Below are positions 11,967 to 16,785 of a DNA stretch of 16,785 nt, piece by piece. This stretch comes from Breznakia blatticola (lineage in GTDB: Bacteria > Bacillota_I > Bacilli_A > Erysipelotrichales > Erysipelotrichaceae). The position numbers and the translations under genes are program-made. The stretch lies in the NCBI RefSeq assembly GCF_004365815.1, contig NZ_SODD01000051.1:1-16785 (forward strand), given 5' to 3'. Position 1 is the stretch's first letter. Every line of letters begins with the position of its first letter. The notes beneath the pieces were generated by a model. The model searched no databases. It worked only from the letters and a program-made list of their open reading frames with translations, and had not been told where the DNA came from.

Positions 11967-13000
11967 TAATATAAGTTCCTTAAGATTTTAAACTCTTTAC
12001 GTTTGGAAATATTATAAATTAAATATGCCAAATCAACTACGATAACTAAAACGATTACAGTTGTAAAGAAGTTATTGAATTCAATTGGTAGTATAGAAAT
12101 AATCCAAGCAAATAAAGCAAATAAGAAATAAATCAAAATACTATATGAACGATAATTCACAAAACGTGGATTGTAGTTCAAATTGAATGTTAAAACCAAA
12201 CAGAAACAATAGTAGTGTAAAGGTACTAATGTAATTAACATATACGTTTGATCACTAAATAGTCCAAGCCCTTTAATAAAGAAACCTTCAATTAAAAGTA
12301 ATACAACACATACAATGATGCGTTTTACATAGAATTCACGGTTTGTTGATACGGGTGTTTGTGCAATATAAGCACCTAGTAAAGTAAATATCGTTCCATA
12401 GAATAGTCCATTACGGGCAGTTCCAAATATATCTAAATATAGTTTTACAAGTTGTGAAATACCAGGAATTTCAGCTAGCACTGGTGTATAGACATTAATC
12501 ATCATACCAACAACAAATAAAGCCAGTCCGATTTCCAATACACGAATTGGACGTAGTTTATGCATCATGATATAGATTAGTACAGTTGAAAACATCATTG
12601 CTGGAAATATCCATAAGTGATAATAACTTCCAGTAAAGAAGAAATCACGAACGAGAAATAACAAGGCTTGTGCACTAAATTTAGCTTGTGCTAAGTTATA
12701 AATAATCGGAACAATATAGATTGCCGTCCAAATTACATACAGCTTCGCTTGACGCCATAAATAGTTCCGTAAATACATACGATTTTCGCGTTCACTTTCC
12801 TCATGGAAATCGAGTTTTCTAAAAAAGAAATATGCACTTGCAACAAAGAAAAATGGTACAGCAACTCTTCCCAAAATAAATGAGACAAAAAAGTTAGCAA
12901 TATCACTCACTCCTTTAAATGGTTGCAAGTATGCAAGAATTGCAAAAATTGCAGCAATCAACTTGAGGATATCGATTAGATAATTCTTATGGTTCTTCAT
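11966..13000 (-). CDS. Polytopic membrane protein, acyltransferase-3-like, homologous to the N-terminal membrane domain of VanT
   Basis: 344 aa and very hydrophobic, with about 10 helices. The blocks GRVAVPFFFVASAYFFF, YHLWIFPAMM and TARNGLFYG resemble the VanT membrane-domain/AT3 blocks as I recall them. An AGGAGA RBS sits immediately after the racemase stop. Confidence 0.75.
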   Translation of the reverse strand: MKNHKNYLIDILKLIAAIFAILAYLQPFKGVSDIANFFVSFILGRVAVPFFFVASAYFFFRKLDFHEESERENRMYLRNYLWRQAKLYVIWTAIYIVPIIYNLAQAKFSAQALLFLVRDFFFTGSYYHLWIFPAMMFSTVLIYIMMHKLRPIRVLEIGLALFVVGMMINVYTPVLAEIPGISQLVKLYLDIFGTARNGLFYGTIFTLLGAYIAQTPVSTNREFYVKRIIVCVVLLLIEGFFIKGLGLFSDQTYMLITLVPLHYYCFCLVLTFNLNYNPRFVNYRSYSILIYFLFALFAWIISILPIEFNNFFTTVIVLVIVVDLAYLIYNISKRKEFKILRNLY

Positions 13001-13009
13001 AGGTTCTCC

Positions 13010-14164
13010 TTAATCTTTTTTTATATAAAATCTAGGTACACGTGAAGCCAGTAAAGTAAACGATTCATTGTTTATCGTATTTGCAGCTCTTGAAAGCTCA
13101 TCAATTTTAATTACTTCATCCCCATCTATCCCCACGATGGTTACTTCATCTTCACAGTGTACATCAAGTCCAGTTGCATCAATCATAAATTGATCCATAC
13201 AAATGTTCCCGATGATGGTACAACGTTTTCCTTTTACGAGCACTTGTAAGCCTTTATGCGAGGCATTACGGTTTAATCCATCTGCATATCCACATGCAAC
13301 CGTTGCGACTTGTATATCGCTTGTTGCTTGATAATTACGCCCATATCCAATATACGTACCAGCTTTTACTTGCTTTACACAAGATATTTGTGCTTTCCAG
13401 GTAAGAACAGGTTCAAGATCACAAGGAACTTTTAATGGTTGTGCATCATCACTTGTATTTCCTAACAGTAGAATTCCAATACGTGCATAATCATATGGTA
13501 AATTTGGATAGTTAATTGCTCCATAACTATTTTGAATATGTTTAATCTTCACTGGTAAATTTGCAACTGCTAAATCTTGTAAGACTCTTTCATATAATTC
13601 AATTTGATGGAATGTATATGCTTCATCGTCATCTCGGTCAAACGTATCTGCTACACTAAAGTGCGAGAATACCCCTTCAACTTCCAAATGATCACATGTA
13701 TAGACTGCTTTTACTTCATCAATATGATAGTTATCATCTAAACAAGGAAAGCCAATACGTCCCATTCCTGTATCTACTTTAATATGTACACGAATCTTTA
13801 CATTTTGTGTAGTTGCATATGTATTCAACGTTTGTGCAAACTCTGTTGAAAACACACATTGTACAATATCTAATTCATGTAAGTAATGAAAGTGTTCACT
13901 TGGTGTAAATCCAAGGATTAAGATATTTGCTTTGATCCCGTTTTGACGTAAACGCACAGCTTCATCCACACTACTTACAGCAAAGAAATCACAACCCTCA
14001 TTTTCTAAAAGTGAGGCAACTTTTACATCTCCATGATGATACGCATCAGCTTTCACTACTGCCATAATCTTCGTATCATGAATATGCTTATCCATCACAT
14101 GATAGTTATGAACAATCTTGTTTTCGTCAATTTCGACCCAAGTTCTTTTTTTACTTTGTAGCAT
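13010..14164 (-). CDS. alr: PLP-dependent alanine/serine racemase (VanT catalytic-domain-like), soluble
   Basis: PLP-lysine motif MAVVKADAYHHG, second catalytic region YIGYGRNY, and CGYADG. I start it at ATG 14164 (MLQSKKRTWVEID, 384 aa), which has a GGAGAA RBS 7 nt upstream. The track starts it at TTG 14188. Confidence 0.9.
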   Translation of the reverse strand: MLQSKKRTWVEIDENKIVHNYHVMDKHIHDTKIMAVVKADAYHHGDVKVASLLENEGCDFFAVSSVDEAVRLRQNGIKANILILGFTPSEHFHYLHELDIVQCVFSTEFAQTLNTYATTQNVKIRVHIKVDTGMGRIGFPCLDDNYHIDEVKAVYTCDHLEVEGVFSHFSVADTFDRDDDEAYTFHQIELYERVLQDLAVANLPVKIKHIQNSYGAINYPNLPYDYARIGILLLGNTSDDAQPLKVPCDLEPVLTWKAQISCVKQVKAGTYIGYGRNYQATSDIQVATVACGYADGLNRNASHKGLQVLVKGKRCTIIGNICMDQFMIDATGLDVHCEDEVTIVGIDGDEVIKIDELSRAANTINNESFTLLASRVPRFYIKKD

Positions 14165-15221
14165 TTGCTTTCTCCAAAGCAAGTTCAAGTAATGTATCTA
14201 GTAGTTTTGGAAAATCATAACCAACATTTGCCATCATACTTGGATAACGACTTGCTGATGTAAATCCTGGAATTGTATTAATCTCATTGAAGAATATTTT
14301 TTCATCATCATCAATAAACATATCAATTCTTGATAATCCACTACATCCAAGCACATGATAGATCGTTTTCGCATATGCTTTAATTTCTGCTTTTTTCTCA
14401 TCTGATATTCTTGCAGGACAATGTATTTGTGTATTTTCTAATTCATATTTTGCATCATAATCAAAGAAAGAATTATGTGTTTCAATTTCATCCACATCTC
14501 CAATAATTAGTGCATCATTTCCTAATACTGAACTTCCTACTTCAAATCCAGAAATTCCACTTTCAATGACAATTTTATCATCATATGCATATGCAAAATC
14601 GATCGCTTTTTCTAAATCATCCATAACATTCACTTTACTAATTCCAAAACTACTTCCTGCATTTGCAGGTTTCACAAATAATGGAAATTGAAGTTTTGCT
14701 TCAACTTGTTTTACGATCTGTGCCATTGTTTGTGGCATGTTTTTACGTAAAGCGATATATGGTGCCATTGGAATTCCTGCACTCTCACAAATGATATGTG
14801 TGTATTCTTTGTCCATTGCAATTGCACTACTTACATGATTACAACCAACGTATGGAATTTGTGATAATGTGAAAAGTCCTTGAATCGTTCCATCTTCTCC
14901 ATTTTTACCATGTAAAATAGGAAGTAAAACATCTAACTTTTTCGTTGTATATGTTCCATTTTCAAGAATCAATAATCCTTCTTGTTTTGAAGGAGATAGT
15001 AACGCACGTGTCGCATGTCCACTTTCTAACCAGTGATCATGTTCAAGTGTATCAATATCACCATCATATACATACCAGTTTCCATTTGGATCAATTCCAA
15101 TCATGGTTACGTCGTATTTATTTGCATCTAAGTTACGCAAAACACTAGCGACAGAGTGTAAAGATACAGGATATTCACTTGAATTCCCACCAAAAATAAC
15201 TCCTACTTGTAGTTTACTCAT
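14151..15221 (-). CDS. ddl: D-alanine--D-X ligase of the Van clade, predicted D-Ala--D-Ser ligase
   Basis: 356 aa ATP-grasp Ddl fold (VIFGGNSSEYPVSL, FNEINTIPGFTSASRYP). Van-type rather than housekeeping motifs are HGKNGEDG, PYVGC and GFEVGSSVLG, plus an omega-loop SFFDYDAKY with Phe at the DdlB Tyr216 position. Family membership is certain. The D-Ser specificity is inferred. Confidence 0.9.
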   Translation of the reverse strand: MSKLQVGVIFGGNSSEYPVSLHSVASVLRNLDANKYDVTMIGIDPNGNWYVYDGDIDTLEHDHWLESGHATRALLSPSKQEGLLILENGTYTTKKLDVLLPILHGKNGEDGTIQGLFTLSQIPYVGCNHVSSAIAMDKEYTHIICESAGIPMAPYIALRKNMPQTMAQIVKQVEAKLQFPLFVKPANAGSSFGISKVNVMDDLEKAIDFAYAYDDKIVIESGISGFEVGSSVLGNDALIIGDVDEIETHNSFFDYDAKYELENTQIHCPARISDEKKAEIKAYAKTIYHVLGCSGLSRIDMFIDDDEKIFFNEINTIPGFTSASRYPSMMANVGYDFPKLLDTLLELALEKANATK

Positions 15222-16596
15222 ATTTACCTCTTAATTTATCAACAACTTTATCTAGTTGCATTCCTCGACTTCCTTTAATCAAAACTGCAATTGAATGATT
15301 TTCTAGACTTTCTAAATAATCAACAATTGCATCATGACTATCCATATGCTGATACACCTTGTTTGGTGCAATTTTACTTGCTTGTTCAATATAATACTTT
15401 GATAATGGTCCATATGCAATCAATTCATCAAACGAACTATTTGCTACATATGCTCCAACTTGTTTGTGATACATTTTCTCATCTGGCTCTAAATCTAACA
15501 TATCTCCTAAAATAACAACACGATATGCACCTTCAATACCAGCAAATGCATCAATTGCAGCTTGTGCACTTTCCGGGTTTGATTTATAACTGTCATTCAA
15601 AATTGTAAAACGATCAATTTTAACTACTTCATTACGCATACCTGTTGGCTCATACATATCAAAGCCAGCTTGGATTTGTTGATCTCTAAGACCTAGCTTT
15701 TTTAAACACGCAATTGCTGCTAAGGCATTAATTGCTTGATGTTTTCCAATGGTTTGGATATGAAATGTAGCGTTCGTAGCGCTTGTTGTAAAGTAAATCA
15801 TATCATCTTTTTGGGTAAATGAAGTCAGTTGAATTTGATTATCATCCTGTTCTCCATAACGTATACGTTCTACTGGTACATCTTGTTTTTCATCAATAAC
15901 TTTGGCAAGAAATGGATCATCTCCATAATAGACAAAAAGACCATCATTAGGTAAATCATCCATAATTTCAAGTTTTGCACGAGCAACGTTCTCTTTCGAA
16001 CCCAGAGTTGCTAAGTGTGCAGCACCAACACCAGTTAAAATCGACATCGTTGGTTGTACCATCGGATTTAAAAATGCGATATCTCCGACATTTTCAACAC
16101 CCATCTCACAAACGATAACATCTGTGTCTTTGCTTGCTCTTAGTAAAGTAATCGGAACACCGATTTCATTGTTTTGATTTCCTAATGTTTTTGTTACTTT
16201 GTAAGTAGCCATTAAACCAGCTGCAAGAATATCTTTTGTGGAAGTCTTTCCATTACTTCCCGTGATTCCAATTACTTGTATGTCCAATGACTCACGATAC
16301 GCCTTTGCTAAGTCCTGTAAAGCTTTTACACTATCTTCTACAAGTAATGTAGCTATACTGCTTGTCACAAATGCTTCGTTATCAATAATTGCTAGTACTG
16401 CACCTTGCTTGCTGGCACTATCGATATATGTATGTCCATCAACACGTTCTCCAGCAATTGCAATATATATATTGTCCTGTTCGATGATTCGCGAATCTGT
16501 TGAAACTCCAGCAACTCTTTGGTCTGCTGCAGCTCCATTTAATTGTAATGAACCACCAATCATTTCTTGAATACCTTGAATGGTATGAATTAACAT
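15214..16596 (-). CDS. murF: UDP-N-acetylmuramoyl-tripeptide--D-alanyl-D-alanine ligase
   Basis: Mur ligase P-loop GITGSNGKTSTKD and MurF-like N- and C-terminal domains. I start it at ATG 16596 (MLIHTIQG, 460 aa) with an AGGAGG RBS at 16602-16609. The track's TTG start at 16680 would run through the promoter. Confidence 0.93.
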   Translation of the reverse strand: MLIHTIQGIQEMIGGSLQLNGAAADQRVAGVSTDSRIIEQDNIYIAIAGERVDGHTYIDSASKQGAVLAIIDNEAFVTSSIATLLVEDSVKALQDLAKAYRESLDIQVIGITGSNGKTSTKDILAAGLMATYKVTKTLGNQNNEIGVPITLLRASKDTDVIVCEMGVENVGDIAFLNPMVQPTMSILTGVGAAHLATLGSKENVARAKLEIMDDLPNDGLFVYYGDDPFLAKVIDEKQDVPVERIRYGEQDDNQIQLTSFTQKDDMIYFTTSATNATFHIQTIGKHQAINALAAIACLKKLGLRDQQIQAGFDMYEPTGMRNEVVKIDRFTILNDSYKSNPESAQAAIDAFAGIEGAYRVVILGDMLDLEPDEKMYHKQVGAYVANSSFDELIAYGPLSKYYIEQASKIAPNKVYQHMDSHDAIVDYLESLENHSIAVLIKGSRGMQLDKVVDKLRGKYE

Positions 16597-16624
16597 AGGT
16601 AAGCCTCCTATAAATATCTTTATA

Positions 16625-16652
16625 ATTATAGCATAATCGCTATCTAGGTGAA
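16625..16652 (-). promoter_or_regulatory. Sigma-A promoter of the murF operon
   Basis: Minus-strand TGCTATAAT is a perfect extended -10 (TATAAT at 16625-16630, TG at 16632-16633). The -35-like hexamer TTCACC (16647-16652) sits at a 16-nt spacing. The predicted leader to the RBS is only about 20 nt. Confidence 0.6.
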
Positions 16653-16678
16653 CATCTTTTCTAAAAAAGGTGCAACAC

Positions 16679-16705
16679 AAAAAAAGACACCCGAAATGGA
16701 TGTCT
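16679..16705 (-). terminator. rRNA operon terminator
   Basis: Minus-strand AGACAUCC-auuuc-GGGUGUCU (8 bp, 16685-16705) followed by a U-run (A7 on plus at 16679-16685). It lies directly 3' of the 5S rRNA. Confidence 0.8.
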
Positions 16706-16710
16706 AATCA

Positions 16711-16785
16711 ACTGGCGATTTGCTATTTTCACTTGGGCAGGCCAAGCTATCGTCGCCGTTAAAGTGCTTAACTTCTGTGTTCGAG
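16711..16785 (-). rRNA. rrf: 5S ribosomal RNA, 3' portion (5' end lies outside the window)
   Basis: Minus-strand CUCGAACACAGAAGUUAAGCACUUUAACGGCGACGAUAGCUUGG...AAGUGAAAAUAGCAAAUCGCCAG matches the conserved bacterial 5S core. Compare the Bacillus 5S CCGAACACGGAAGUUAAGCUCUUCAGCGCCGAUGGUAG...GUGAGAGUAGGACGCCGCCAAG. The 3' boundary is approximate. Confidence 0.85.

Noticed and set aside
14165-14188. TTG-initiated 8-codon extension of the racemase (MNLLWRKQ)
   Set aside because: The ATG at 14164 is preceded by GGAGAA at good spacing and gives the usual racemase N-terminus (..RTWVEID). The extension has no RBS and lies entirely inside the ligase coding sequence.
16597-16680. N-terminal extension of murF in the ORF track (MCCTFFRKDVHLDSDYAIIIKIFIGGLP...)
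   Set aside because: It starts at a TTG and would be translated across the TGCTATAAT promoter and the AGGAGG RBS. The ATG at 16596 has an ideal RBS and gives a normal MurF N-terminus.

Overview
AT-rich, Bacillota-like chromosomal segment. Every gene I can support is on the minus strand, so transcription runs from high to low coordinates. In that order the window holds: (1) the 3' part of a 5S rRNA, cut by the window edge, plus an rrn terminator. (2) A sigma-A promoter with a consensus extended -10 and a leader of about 20 nt. It drives five translationally coupled genes: murF, a Van-clade D-Ala-D-X ligase, an alanine/serine racemase, a homologue of the VanT membrane (acyltransferase-3-like) domain, and a COG2509/VP0956-like FAD protein of unknown function. 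A strong terminator closes this unit. (3) A small TMEM175/DUF1211 K+ channel homologue. (4) A PyrR-type transcription attenuator followed by a canonical pyrB-pyrC-carA-carB-pyrK-pyrD-pyrF-pyrE operon and a bidirectional terminator. The pyr operon is ordinary housekeeping. The part worth a second look is the murF operon. It reads like a chromosomal, unregulated VanC/E/G/L/N-style D-Ala-D-Ser precursor pathway with VanT split into two genes in the reverse of the known order. It is wired to murF and to an uncharacterised flavoprotein, and the window contains no VanXY peptidase and no VanRS regulator. I saw no mobile elements, CRISPR arrays or defence systems. All plus-strand ORFs in the track look like antisense shadows. 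All family assignments come from motif recognition by eye, not from searches.
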